Below are positions 36,669-45,982 of a DNA stretch of 64,000 bases, piece by piece (positions within the stretch are counted from its first letter, which is position 1; every line of letters starts with the position of its first letter). The notes beneath the pieces are model-generated. The model saw only the letters and a list, made by a program, of their open reading frames with translations, did not search any database and was not told the origin of the DNA. Origin of the DNA: an uncultured bacterium (lineage in GTDB: Bacteria; Acidobacteriota; Thermoanaerobaculia; Multivoradales; JAHZIX01); NCBI GenBank assembly GCA_965368975.1, contig CBDUPA010000005.1:96001-160000 (forward strand), written 5' to 3'. The position numbers were made by a program, and so were the translations under genes.

Positions 36669-37384
36669 ATCGGTCGGCGATGGGACGTCCGGGGACGACC
36701 CCCGGGACCTATGCCATCACCATCCCCGCCTACCAGGCGGCCCCCTCGGTGGGCGACGTCGTGCGCCGTTGCCTGGCACTGGTTCCCGACGTGCTGGTGG
36801 TCGACGATGGTTCTGACGACGGTACGGCCGACGCCGCGCGTGCCGCTGGCGCCGAGGTGATGTCGCTGCCGACCAACCAAGGCAAGGGCGATGCCCTGGA
36901 ACTCGCCTTCAAGGAGCTGTTCGGGCGGGGCTTCGAGGCGGTCGTCACCGTCGATGCCGACGGGCAGCACCTGCCGGAGGAGATCCCCAAACTGCTGGCT
37001 GCCGCTGAGGAAGGCGCCGATCTCGTGCTCGGCAGCCGCGACCACCTGTTCGCCGAAATGAGCCGCCTACGCCGCACCAGCAACCGCCTGTCCTCGCGCG
37101 CCATCTCGCTGGTCGCGGGCGAGCCGCTGGGCGACGTCCAGACAGGATTTCGCTGGTATTCACGGCACCTGATCGAGACCTTGGGCTTCCCGGAGAGTCG
37201 TTTCGAGGCCGAGAGTGCCATCGTCGTTCGTGCCGCCCGCAACGGCTTCGAGATCGTCACGGTGCCCGTGCGCCTGGGCTTTGCCGATGGCCGTACCACC
37301 AGCCACTATCGACCGATGGTTGACAGCCTGCGCATCGCCGCCGCCGTCACGCACGCGCGTTTCGAGGGGGAGCGCGACGGATAG
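36665..37384 (+). CDS. Glycosyltransferase family 2 (polyprenol-phosphate/DPM1-like)
   Basis: IPAYQA, VVDDGSDD, NQGKG, DADGQH and DVQTGFR motifs; ATGA overlap with the upstream stop. Confidence 0.9.
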   Translation: MNRSAMGRPGTTPGTYAITIPAYQAAPSVGDVVRRCLALVPDVLVVDDGSDDGTADAARAAGAEVMSLPTNQGKGDALELAFKELFGRGFEAVVTVDADGQHLPEEIPKLLAAAEEGADLVLGSRDHLFAEMSRLRRTSNRLSSRAISLVAGEPLGDVQTGFRWYSRHLIETLGFPESRFEAESAIVVRAARNGFEIVTVPVRLGFADGRTTSHYRPMVDSLRIAAAVTHARFEGERDG

Positions 37385-37424
37385 TCATCAGAGCCTAGCC
37401 ACCAGGACCCGAAGGAGAGATCTC

Positions 37425-37961
37425 ATGAAGAAGACACTCGCCGTCACGTTGTTCGCCGCAGTCTTTGCCGCTGGTATCGCGGTCGGGTCCTATGCCGCCC
37501 GCGGCGGCGATCGTGTCCGGCCTTCCGCGTGGGAAGGCCTGTCGCCCCGCGACGCCGCCGCTCACCTGCTCGAGATCGCCCACGAGCAAGCCGAGAACGG
37601 CAGCTGGGAGAACATCGACGTGGCCCGCGTCCACTATCTAGCCGGCAACGCGGTGGTCGCGGACGCGGTGTTCGAGAGATACACGGACAAGGACGAAGCG
37701 TCCGACCTGATCCGCATCGGCCGCATCTATGCGCACAATGGCGAGTGGGTCAAGTCCAAGCCCTACTTCGACCGCGTCGTCGAGATGGAGCCGGACGACG
37801 CCGACTGGCTGGCCGAGATCGGGGCTTTTTACAACCTCAACGGCGACCGTGAGCATGCCGAAGAGCTGTTCGCGCGCAGCTTCGACGAAGACTCGCGGGA
37901 TCTGGAGAACACCTTGACCGCGGCCGGTTCCTATCTGCAGGTGCCGCCGCGCAAGAGGTAG
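37425..37961 (+). CDS. Secreted TPR-repeat protein
   Basis: MKKTLAV signal peptide, AAGGAG RBS, TPR-like helices. Confidence 0.75.
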   Translation: MKKTLAVTLFAAVFAAGIAVGSYAARGGDRVRPSAWEGLSPRDAAAHLLEIAHEQAENGSWENIDVARVHYLAGNAVVADAVFERYTDKDEASDLIRIGRIYAHNGEWVKSKPYFDRVVEMEPDDADWLAEIGAFYNLNGDREHAEELFARSFDEDSRDLENTLTAAGSYLQVPPRKR

Positions 37962-37970
37962 CTTGTCGAG

Positions 37971-38567
37971 TTACCAGACGAACGGCAGCAAGCGCCGCTT
38001 CACCTTCCGACAGTATTCCGCGTACGGCTCTCCGAGCTGCGCCAGCATGCGCTGCTCGTCCTGGAAGGCGCGTGTTCCCAGAGCCACACCGCAGAGCGCG
38101 AAGGTGACGAAGAGGTAAGGTCGCGGCAGAGCGATCAGGGGTGCACCGGCCGCGGCCAGGGCGCCGAGGTAGAGGGGGTTGCGCACGATGCCGAAAGGGC
38201 CGGTGCTCTGCAGCTCTTGGGGGCGCTCTTCGGGCTTACGCTGGACGAAGAGCGGGCCGATGTAGCGCCGTGCCCAGATCCAGAAGGCAATGGCGCCGGC
38301 GAAGGCGAAGGCACTGAGCACGGCGGGAAGGGTCTCGATGGGCTGAGCGCTCGGAAAGCCGAAGGCAGCGGTGAGACAGGTGAGCGTGACGTGCAGACTG
38401 ACGATGAGGGTGGCAGCGACGACGGCGACACGTTCGGCAGGGGAGTACTGCGGCAGGGAATCACTCATCGACTCCGGTCGAATGACGAAGAGCGGGATCC
38501 AGCCAAGGGTGTAGAGCGTGGCGAGGGCCAGTCCCCAATCGAGGGCCCATCCTGCTTGTAGCGTCAT
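37971..38567 (-). CDS. Integral-membrane methyltransferase (ICMT/PEMT family)
   Basis: TGPFGIVRNPLYLG..DEQRM..GEPYAEYCRKVKR.LPF signature; start trimmed to 38567. Confidence 0.85.
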   Translation of the reverse strand: MTLQAGWALDWGLALATLYTLGWIPLFVIRPESMSDSLPQYSPAERVAVVAATLIVSLHVTLTCLTAAFGFPSAQPIETLPAVLSAFAFAGAIAFWIWARRYIGPLFVQRKPEERPQELQSTGPFGIVRNPLYLGALAAAGAPLIALPRPYLFVTFALCGVALGTRAFQDEQRMLAQLGEPYAEYCRKVKRRLLPFVW

Positions 38568-39631
38568 GCTTGGACTCCGGAAGGCGAAGCAGTGGGGGTC
38601 TCGCCGACGAGGTTCGGCAGGCGGTGCAGGGACAGCCCCTGCGTCCACAGGGCGAGCAAGCCCGCCAGCAGCCAGATTGTTTCGTGGACGCGCAGCACGA
38701 GGCCGGCGAGGAAGCCCAGCTCGGCGCGTCCACGCAGCGCGGCGTGCAGCGCGACTTGACCGCCTTCGAGAGTGCCGAGACCGGCGGGGACGGGCACGAC
38801 CTTGACGACGCCGACGGTGATCACCATCAGCAGCACGACGGGCCAGGTGACGGCTAGACCGAAGGCGGACAGCAGGGCGTGATACTCGAGCAGGATCAGG
38901 CCCTCGATCAGCAGGGAGCCGAGAGTGCCCCAGAGCAGCAGTTGCGGGCGTCGCCGCGTGATGTCCATGAGGTCGTCTTCGACGCGCAGCACCAGGTCGA
39001 GCCAGCGCTGCCCCCAGGGGCGGGCCGACAGCCAGCGACGCGGCAGGACTGGCGTGACCGGTCTCTTGCCCAGACGTAGCCAGATCAGCGGCGCGATCAG
39101 GAAGGCGAGCAGCAGGCCGAAGGTGACGGCGGCGTGCTCGCGCAGAGTCTGCGTGAGCGTCAGCGAAACCACGGCGACGTAGACGGCGCTCGACAGGGTG
39201 TTGCCGATCACTTCCAGCAGGCGATCGAGGGCGACGCCGGTGCTGGCGGTCGAGCCGGGGACGCCGCGGCCGTAGATCAGGGCGATGCGCAGCGGGTCGC
39301 CCCCGAGGCCGCCCGCGGGAATCAAGGCCGCCACGGCATCTCCCGCCAGTCGGGCGGCGAGGAAGCGCGCGAAGCCGGGTGCAGGACCGAGAGCCCGCGC
39401 TACCAGGAACCAGCGTGCACTGAAGGCGAGGCGGACGGCGAGCGAGAGGGCCAGGTAGAGGGCAAAGCCTCCGAGGGACAACCGCGCCAGCGCCTGGTGC
39501 AGATCCGCGATGCCGAAGCGCGCGAAGAGCAGCCCGAGCCCAACCGACCCGAGCAGCGCGAGCAGCACCAGGAAGATCCACCTGCGGTGAGGTACCCAGG
39601 TTCTGGTGCGGCTGACGGGTTCCGGTTCCAT
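38564..39631 (-). CDS. Lysylphosphatidylglycerol-synthase TM / flippase-like membrane protein
   Basis: About 8 TM; IPAGGLGGDPLRI, DRLLE and PVPAGLGTLE motifs. Confidence 0.82.
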   Translation of the reverse strand: MEPEPVSRTRTWVPHRRWIFLVLLALLGSVGLGLLFARFGIADLHQALARLSLGGFALYLALSLAVRLAFSARWFLVARALGPAPGFARFLAARLAGDAVAALIPAGGLGGDPLRIALIYGRGVPGSTASTGVALDRLLEVIGNTLSSAVYVAVVSLTLTQTLREHAAVTFGLLLAFLIAPLIWLRLGKRPVTPVLPRRWLSARPWGQRWLDLVLRVEDDLMDITRRRPQLLLWGTLGSLLIEGLILLEYHALLSAFGLAVTWPVVLLMVITVGVVKVVPVPAGLGTLEGGQVALHAALRGRAELGFLAGLVLRVHETIWLLAGLLALWTQGLSLHRLPNLVGETPTASPSGVQA

Positions 39632-39682
39632 TGCCGGCGATGATAGCCAATCCGGGCAGCCTCCAGTAGACTCCTGCTCTTT

Positions 39683-42193
39683 GTGATGAGCATGTCGCTT
39701 CTTTCTCGCCGCCCCGGGTGGGTCCTCGTGGCAGGGTTTCTGTCGATCCTGCTGGCGCTTCCGCTGTTGCTGCAGCTGCGCCTGAGTACGGATCTACTAG
39801 CGCTGCTACCCGCCGACGCACCCGCGGCCGAGGACTATCGCCTCTACCTGGAGCGCTTCGGTGGTGCCGAGAAGGTCTTCGTCCTGCTCCTGCCCGGTGA
39901 TGCCGCTCCAGAGGCACAGGCGTGGGACGCGGTGCTGGCACGTGCGGCGGCGCAGCTGGCCGACGTGCTGGCGGAGAGTCCCGAGGTGTCCAGCGTGCGC
40001 GCGGGCGTCGAACCGGAGGATGAACGCTTCTTCCTCGACTATGTGGTACCGCGGGCCCCACTGCTGCTGGCGGAGCCTGGCGCAGCGAGCCTCGACGCCT
40101 TGGCGCGGCGCCTGCAGCCGGAGGCGGTGCGCGCGCGCGTCGAGCGTCTGCAGGCGGTCCTGCGCACGCCGACGGGCGCCGTCGAGGGCCTGCTGGCGCG
40201 TCGTGATCCGCTCGGCTTCAGTGATGATCTGGGTCTGTTGCAGGCGCCTGTCGCCGTCCCGCTCGATCCGCTGACGTCGACCTTCCGCTCCGAGACGGGC
40301 GCAGCTGCGCTGCTGATCCTGACGCCGTCGCGAGCGGAGATCGATCCTGAGGCCGGCCGCGCACTGCAGGCCGCGATCGACGCTGGTGCGCGAGACGTGC
40401 GTGCGCGGCTGCAAGAGCAGACAGGTGCCGAGGTGCCGCTCGTGGTGCGAGCCGTTGGGGGGGCACTGTATGCGTCCCAGGACGAAGCGCTGCTGCGACG
40501 CGACCTGCAGCGTACGTTGACCGGCTCGATCACCGCCAGTGCGCTGATCCTGTTGCTCGCCTTCGGCGGCGCGCGACTGCCGATTCTGGCCTTGAGCGCT
40601 CTCGCCTTGGGACTCGTCTGGACCGGGGCGGTTCTCCAGCTTCTGAGGGTCGAATTGGCCGCCGTGGCAATCGGCTTCGCTGCCGTGTTGGTCGGGCTCG
40701 GTATTGACTACGGCATTCACGGCTGTGCTCGGTTTCGAGCCGCGCGGGATCGTGGACTGACGGCGGCGGCAGCCCTGGACGACGCCTTCCGTCACGCCGG
40801 TCCGGCGATCCTGACGTCGGCCTTGACGACCTCGGCGGCTTTCCTGGTCCTCAGCCAGGCCCACCTGCCGCCGCTGCGCCAGGTGGGTCTGCTGGTCGCG
40901 TTGGGCTGCGTGTGCATTCTGCTCGCCATGGCAACAGCCGGCGCGTCGGCCTTGGTGTTGACGTCGACCGAGCCGGTGGCGGGCCCTGGGCGTCGACGCG
41001 CGGGGAGGCGTGTCTGGGCGATCATGGGCCGCTGGGTGACGGCGGTGCCGGCCTTCGGGGCTCGGTATCCACGGACCGTCTTGACCCTGGCCGGCGTGCT
41101 CTCGGCAGTGGCGTTGTGGGGGCTCGGGCACGTAGAGCTCGACCCGGATCCACGCACCTTGCGGCCCGAGAACCATGCGCTGTTCGAAACCGAGGAACTC
41201 CTGGTGCAGCACTTCGATGTGGGCCTGGGGACGGCCAATGTGGTGCTGTGGGGCGAGACGCGGAGCGCGGCTCTGCAACGAGCTGTTGCCGCGACGGAGC
41301 AGCTCCAGCTGCAGCTCGGGCCGGAGGCACGGATCACCAGCCCTGCCGGATACCTGCTCGGCGAGACGGCGACCGGTGAGCGGCTGCGACGGCTGGCGGA
41401 ATTGCCGTTCGACCGGGCCGCGGACGAGCTGGAGCGCGAGCTGCGTGCCGCGGGCCTCAATCCTAGAGCTTTCCGCACCGGTATCGAGGCGCTGCGCGCG
41501 CTCGGCGCAGGCCGCGACCCGGGAGCGCCGCCGCCGGACGTCTGGCCGGATTGGCTGCGCGAAGCGATCGTCGACGATCCGGCGGCTTCCTCCGCCGGAG
41601 CCCCTGCCGGAACCTGGATCTCCCTGGCGGTCCGGCTGCCCGAGGATCGATCGATCGTTCCACCGCCTGGGACGGCGCTGGCGTCGGCAACGGCGCTGGG
41701 GGACGAGCTACGCACGCTGGCGGGCGGTGACTTGCGGCGGCTGGCGGGATTGGCACTCGGAGCGGTATCCTTGTTGATACTGCTCTCGTTTCGCGGCCGC
41801 CTCGGACCGTCGTTGTTGACGCTGCTGCCGGTCGTGGCGGGGTCCCTGTGGACGCTGGGACTGTGGGCGGCCAGTGGACGAACGCTCGATCTTTTCAGCT
41901 TGGCGGTGCTGCCCATCCTGCTCGGGATTGGTCTCGACGACGGCTTGCACGTGGTGCACGGTGCACGAGGACTAGGTACGGCGGGCTCTCGCTCCCTACA
42001 CGACGCCTCTGTGGAAGCCGGCCACGGCTTGCTGTTGACCACTCTGACCACTTGTGCCGGCTTTGCCAGTCTTGTCTTGTCGGCCATTCCGGGGCTGCGC
42101 GCGGGCGGGTTGTTGATTGCCCTGGGCGTCTTCGCCTGTTGGTTGTGTACGGTTTTGTTGTTGCCCGCCCTCGAGGCGGTGCGAGGGAGATGA
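39683..42193 (+). CDS. MMPL/RND family lipid exporter
   Basis: Two repeats with GLGIDYGIH and GIGLDDGLH, SALTT/TTLTT, LSTDLLALLP; start could be 39686 or 39692. Confidence 0.88.
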   Translation: MMSMSLLSRRPGWVLVAGFLSILLALPLLLQLRLSTDLLALLPADAPAAEDYRLYLERFGGAEKVFVLLLPGDAAPEAQAWDAVLARAAAQLADVLAESPEVSSVRAGVEPEDERFFLDYVVPRAPLLLAEPGAASLDALARRLQPEAVRARVERLQAVLRTPTGAVEGLLARRDPLGFSDDLGLLQAPVAVPLDPLTSTFRSETGAAALLILTPSRAEIDPEAGRALQAAIDAGARDVRARLQEQTGAEVPLVVRAVGGALYASQDEALLRRDLQRTLTGSITASALILLLAFGGARLPILALSALALGLVWTGAVLQLLRVELAAVAIGFAAVLVGLGIDYGIHGCARFRAARDRGLTAAAALDDAFRHAGPAILTSALTTSAAFLVLSQAHLPPLRQVGLLVALGCVCILLAMATAGASALVLTSTEPVAGPGRRRAGRRVWAIMGRWVTAVPAFGARYPRTVLTLAGVLSAVALWGLGHVELDPDPRTLRPENHALFETEELLVQHFDVGLGTANVVLWGETRSAALQRAVAATEQLQLQLGPEARITSPAGYLLGETATGERLRRLAELPFDRAADELERELRAAGLNPRAFRTGIEALRALGAGRDPGAPPPDVWPDWLREAIVDDPAASSAGAPAGTWISLAVRLPEDRSIVPPPGTALASATALGDELRTLAGGDLRRLAGLALGAVSLLILLSFRGRLGPSLLTLLPVVAGSLWTLGLWAASGRTLDLFSLAVLPILLGIGLDDGLHVVHGARGLGTAGSRSLHDASVEAGHGLLLTTLTTCAGFASLVLSAIPGLRAGGLLIALGVFACWLCTVLLLPALEAVRGR

Positions 42194-42197
42194 ACAC

Positions 42198-43313
42198 ATG
42201 ACAGTTGCGCAAGAACCCATCACGGCACAGAATCCGGTGGTTCGCGAGGCGACGGTTCGAAGACCCCGTTCGCAGGAGGCTGCGGAGGAGCGCTCCTTGC
42301 GTGCCAACCTCGAGCCATCCAGACCCGAGCGCACGTCCACAGGTGTGAGGGCACGTGCCGTGGAACCGCCACCGCACGCTCCCGAACTTGGCTTGATGCG
42401 CCGCCTGCTCGGGCCGCTCCACGTCACTGGCGTCTTCTGGTATCGCTTCCACGCACAGGGGTTGCGCTATGTGCCGGAATGGACGAAGAGCCTCTTCACC
42501 ATAGCTTTTACCAGCTTCTTCTTCGTCGCCCTGCGCCGTATCCGCCGCGCCATCGCCTCCAACCTGGAAGCAGTGTTGGGGCCGTGCGGCTGGTTCGAGC
42601 GCCAGCGCCGTATCTACCGCACGATGTGGAACTTCGCCTGGTGCCTCACCGAGCGCTACGAGCGCATCGGACCGTCGGCGCAGCAGGCCTCGAGAGCCGC
42701 CAAGGAAGTGTGCACCGTCGAGGGAGAGGCGACCTGGCAGCAGGCGCTGGAGAGTCCGCAGGGGTGGATCCTGGTGACCGCGCACATCGGTCACTGGGAA
42801 GTTGGCTCGCTGATGGCGCCCGAGGACACGCGGCGGCACGTGCACGTGGTGCGCGAGGAAGAGATGGACAAGCAGGCGCAGGAATTCGTGCGCTCGATGG
42901 TCTCTGAGCGCCACGAGGATGGCCTGACCATGCATTTCGCCGGTGACGATCCGGCGCTTGGTGCCAAGTTGCTGCAGGCGTTGCGGCGCGGTGACCTGGT
43001 GGCCGTGCAGGGTGACCGTCCGCGGGCCGCGGCGCGATCGGTGAAGGTGCAGATGTTCGATCGTGCGATCGAGTTGCCGGCCGGCCCGGCAGCGCTGGCG
43101 CGCGCCGCAGGTGTCGTTCTGATGCCGGTCTTCGTCTTCCGTACCGGTCGCCACCATTCGCGCATCGTGTTCCGGCCGCCGGTGCGTGTCGACGCGAAGG
43201 ATCGTGACTTGACTCAGGCCATGCAGCGCATTGCCGAGCACGTGCAATGGGCGATCCAGCAGGAACCGTACCAGTGGTTCTGCTTCCGGGAACTGTGGAA
43301 GGAACCGGCATGA
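42198..43313 (+). CDS. LpxL/HtrB-like lipid acyltransferase
   Basis: TAHIGHWE (Hx4E), GDR, F..P.GPA.LA and PYQWF motifs. Confidence 0.88.
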   Translation: MTVAQEPITAQNPVVREATVRRPRSQEAAEERSLRANLEPSRPERTSTGVRARAVEPPPHAPELGLMRRLLGPLHVTGVFWYRFHAQGLRYVPEWTKSLFTIAFTSFFFVALRRIRRAIASNLEAVLGPCGWFERQRRIYRTMWNFAWCLTERYERIGPSAQQASRAAKEVCTVEGEATWQQALESPQGWILVTAHIGHWEVGSLMAPEDTRRHVHVVREEEMDKQAQEFVRSMVSERHEDGLTMHFAGDDPALGAKLLQALRRGDLVAVQGDRPRAAARSVKVQMFDRAIELPAGPAALARAAGVVLMPVFVFRTGRHHSRIVFRPPVRVDAKDRDLTQAMQRIAEHVQWAIQQEPYQWFCFRELWKEPA

Positions 43314-44053
43314 GATCCTGGTCTCGACTCCCGGTCCTGGTGTTCGGTGCCCTACTGGCCGCCTCGACGCTCTCTGGCTGTGCCGCACTTCGTTCGCCCG
43401 CTGCACCGATGCCGAGCGTGCAGTATCCCGCGCCGCGGGGGGACGCCGACGTCCTGATCGTGCTCTTGCCGGGTCGCCGGGACGTACCCGAGGACTTTGC
43501 CAGGCGAGGCTTCGTCGAGGCGCTGCACCGAGCACGGCCGCATGCCGATCTGGTTGCCGTCGACGCGCATCTTGGCTATTACCGCACGCGCACCTTCGAG
43601 GAGCGCCTGTGGCAGGATGTGCTCGCACCGGCAGCCGAGCGGTACCAGGAGATCTGGTTGCTCGGCATCTCGCTCGGTGGCATCGGCTCGTTGGGTATCA
43701 GCGCGCGCTATCCCGAGGCGATCAGCGGGGCCGTGCTGCTGGCACCTTTTCTGGGCGATGACGCCCTGATCGAGGCGATCGAGGCTGCCGGTGGTCCTCG
43801 GTCCTGGCAGCCATCGGATGCCGACGACCCACTCCAGCAGTTCTGGCTGTGGGCGCGCGGACACGACCCGAGGCAGCCGCCGCGTCTGTTTCTCGGCTTC
43901 GGCAGTGGCGACCGTCTGCGGGACGGTTGCCGCCAATTGGCCCGGCTGCTGCCGGAGGAGCAGGTTGCCGAGGTGCCCGGCGGACACGACTGGCGCGCGT
44001 GGTCGACGTTGCTCGAAGAACTCTTGGAGCGCGACACGCTGGGCGCGCGCTGA
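43310..44053 (+). CDS. Alpha/beta-hydrolase lipoprotein (esterase/thioesterase-like)
   Basis: Lipobox LSGC, nucleophile GISLG, GGHDW; ATGA-coupled to the acyltransferase. Confidence 0.82.
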   Translation: MRSWSRLPVLVFGALLAASTLSGCAALRSPAAPMPSVQYPAPRGDADVLIVLLPGRRDVPEDFARRGFVEALHRARPHADLVAVDAHLGYYRTRTFEERLWQDVLAPAAERYQEIWLLGISLGGIGSLGISARYPEAISGAVLLAPFLGDDALIEAIEAAGGPRSWQPSDADDPLQQFWLWARGHDPRQPPRLFLGFGSGDRLRDGCRQLARLLPEEQVAEVPGGHDWRAWSTLLEELLERDTLGAR

Positions 44054-44093
44054 GGGCGGTTAGGGGACGGCTGTTGGTGGTGGTTGGCGAGAG

Positions 44094-45419
44094 CTAGCGA
44101 GCCCTCCTGTGGTAGCGAGGTGACAGCGGCACCAGCCTCTGGAGCGCCACGAGACCGAAGAACAGGCGTAACCGTAGGCGCGATGCCAGCGTCAGTCGCC
44201 ACTCACCGGAGAGCAGGGTGATGATGGTGTCGAGGATGCCGAAGTGGTTGGCGGGATGGAAGAAGAGGTCGCGGAAGGCGGGGTCGTAGAAGCCGCGTAC
44301 CATGCCGCGGAAGCGCCGGTAGCGATGGCGTTGCGTGCGCTCGAAGGCGGTGAAGTCGGGCCGCCGTCCGCTTCTTCGACCCGTGCTGAACTCGGTGCCC
44401 AGCACCCGGTCCGCCGCCTCTGCTGCTTCGACGCCAGATTCTAGCGCCAGCAGTACGCCGCTCGAAAACACGGGATCGAGAAACGAGCCGGCGTCGCCCG
44501 CGAGTAGCCAGCGGTCCCCGGCGTAGGCGCTGGGGGCGTAGCTGAAGTCGGCGGCGACGTGGGCAGGGGTGATGCGTTGGCTGCCCGCGCTGGCCGTTGC
44601 CAGGACGGGGATGTCTCGCAGCAGGCGTTGCAGCATCTCTTCGCGGCTCTCGCCAGCGCGCGTCTGAGCATCGAAGGCGGCCTTGGGCAGCACCACGCCG
44701 ACGCTGGTCACCGTCGCGGAGAGCGGAATCAGCCAGATCCAGCCCATGTCGCGACGCGACACGATGCGAATGTCACCGGCGCGTTCGGCACCCAGCGACA
44801 GGGCTTCGACGTGGCTCAAGGCCAGGTTCTCGAAGTGGGCAAAGAGCGCGACGTTGCGCAGATCCGGGTCGAGCCGCCGCAACCCCAGGCGCTTGGCTAG
44901 CAGGCCCGCCTGGCCGGTGGCGTCGATGACCAGGTCGGCATCGGTGGTTTCCGGAGTTTCCTGCGGGCCGCTGGTCACGCGCACGCCTGTGCTGCTGGTC
45001 TCAGCGCCGAAGTCGACCTGACGCACGTGGCAGCCGTAGCGCACCTCGGCACCGGCGTCCGATGCGTGGTCGAGTAGCATCTGGTCGAACCGTGCGCGCG
45101 GCACTTGGTAGGTGACCGGCGTCGGGACGTTGGCGGTGGCGGAGAAATCGATGTAGGCGCTGTAGGTGCCGTCTTCGGTGCTGAAGCTAGCGCCGCGCTT
45201 GACGACGAAGTCTTCGGCGCGCAAGCGCTCCGTCAGCCCAAGTCGTTCGAAGATGGCGTTGCTCGCCGGCAGCAAGGATTCACCGACGTGGAAACGGGGG
45301 AATTCCTGACGTTCGAGTACCAACACGCGGCGCCCGAGCTGCGCCAGACGGCAAGCTGCGGCGGCGCCCGCGGGACCACCGCCGAGAACCAGGACGTCGT
45401 AGTTGGGAGCGTGCGACAC
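44094..45419 (-). CDS. Flavin-dependent halogenase-like protein (carrier-protein-acting type)
   Basis: GGGPAG, FPRFHVGESLLP, FVVKRGA (Lys), WIWLIP, GDAGSFLDPVFSSG; start approximate. Confidence 0.85.
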   Translation of the reverse strand: MSHAPNYDVLVLGGGPAGAAAACRLAQLGRRVLVLERQEFPRFHVGESLLPASNAIFERLGLTERLRAEDFVVKRGASFSTEDGTYSAYIDFSATANVPTPVTYQVPRARFDQMLLDHASDAGAEVRYGCHVRQVDFGAETSSTGVRVTSGPQETPETTDADLVIDATGQAGLLAKRLGLRRLDPDLRNVALFAHFENLALSHVEALSLGAERAGDIRIVSRRDMGWIWLIPLSATVTSVGVVLPKAAFDAQTRAGESREEMLQRLLRDIPVLATASAGSQRITPAHVAADFSYAPSAYAGDRWLLAGDAGSFLDPVFSSGVLLALESGVEAAEAADRVLGTEFSTGRRSGRRPDFTAFERTQRHRYRRFRGMVRGFYDPAFRDLFFHPANHFGILDTIITLLSGEWRLTLASRLRLRLFFGLVALQRLVPLSPRYHRRAR

Positions 45420-45556
45420 GGTGTACTCGGTTCCGGGAGGCGCTGCATCGAGAAGGTGGCAGCAAGGTGACGAAGATATCATTTCGGCGGTATCATACGC
45501 TCGTGCTCAACGCCCAGGATCTCTCGCGCCCTCGAACCGAGATTGATGTCACCGAG

Positions 45557-45982
45557 GTGGATGTCACCAAGATCTTGCCACACCAGCCTCCGATGCTGAT
45601 GGTGCGAGAAGTCGTTGAGGTGCGCGACGACGGTGCCTGCTGCGCCGGCTGGATCGACGACGCCAGTCCGTTCGCCTGCGACGGTTGGGTCACGGTACAG
45701 CTGGCCCTGGAACTCGCGGCTCAGAGTGCGGCTGTGTGCGCCGCGTGCCACGAGGCGCGGGAAGGAACCTCGCCCCGGTCCCGTAGTGGCTATCTGGCGA
45801 CCCTGCGCGATGTGCGCTTCCAGACGCCCACCGTACCCACGGGCGCTCGTTTGCTCGCCGATGTACAGCCGATGCGCAACCTCGGTGGCCTGGCACTGTA
45901 CGCGACGGAGGTGCGTTTCGCCGATGGTCGGCTGGTACTTCAGGGAGCGTTCAGCGTCTCGACGGCCGCTCGGGAACCCTGA
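45557..45982 (+). CDS. Hotdog-fold 3-hydroxyacyl-ACP dehydratase (ApeP/FabZ-like)
   Basis: LPHQPPMLMV..LELAAQ..GYL pattern; start uncertain (45467-45557). Confidence 0.78.
   Translation: MDVTKILPHQPPMLMVREVVEVRDDGACCAGWIDDASPFACDGWVTVQLALELAAQSAAVCAACHEAREGTSPRSRSGYLATLRDVRFQTPTVPTGARLLADVQPMRNLGGLALYATEVRFADGRLVLQGAFSVSTAAREP

Noticed and set aside
38568-40061. 696-aa extended methyltransferase
   Set aside because: The extension overlaps the flippase-like and MMPL genes and is low-complexity shadow translation.
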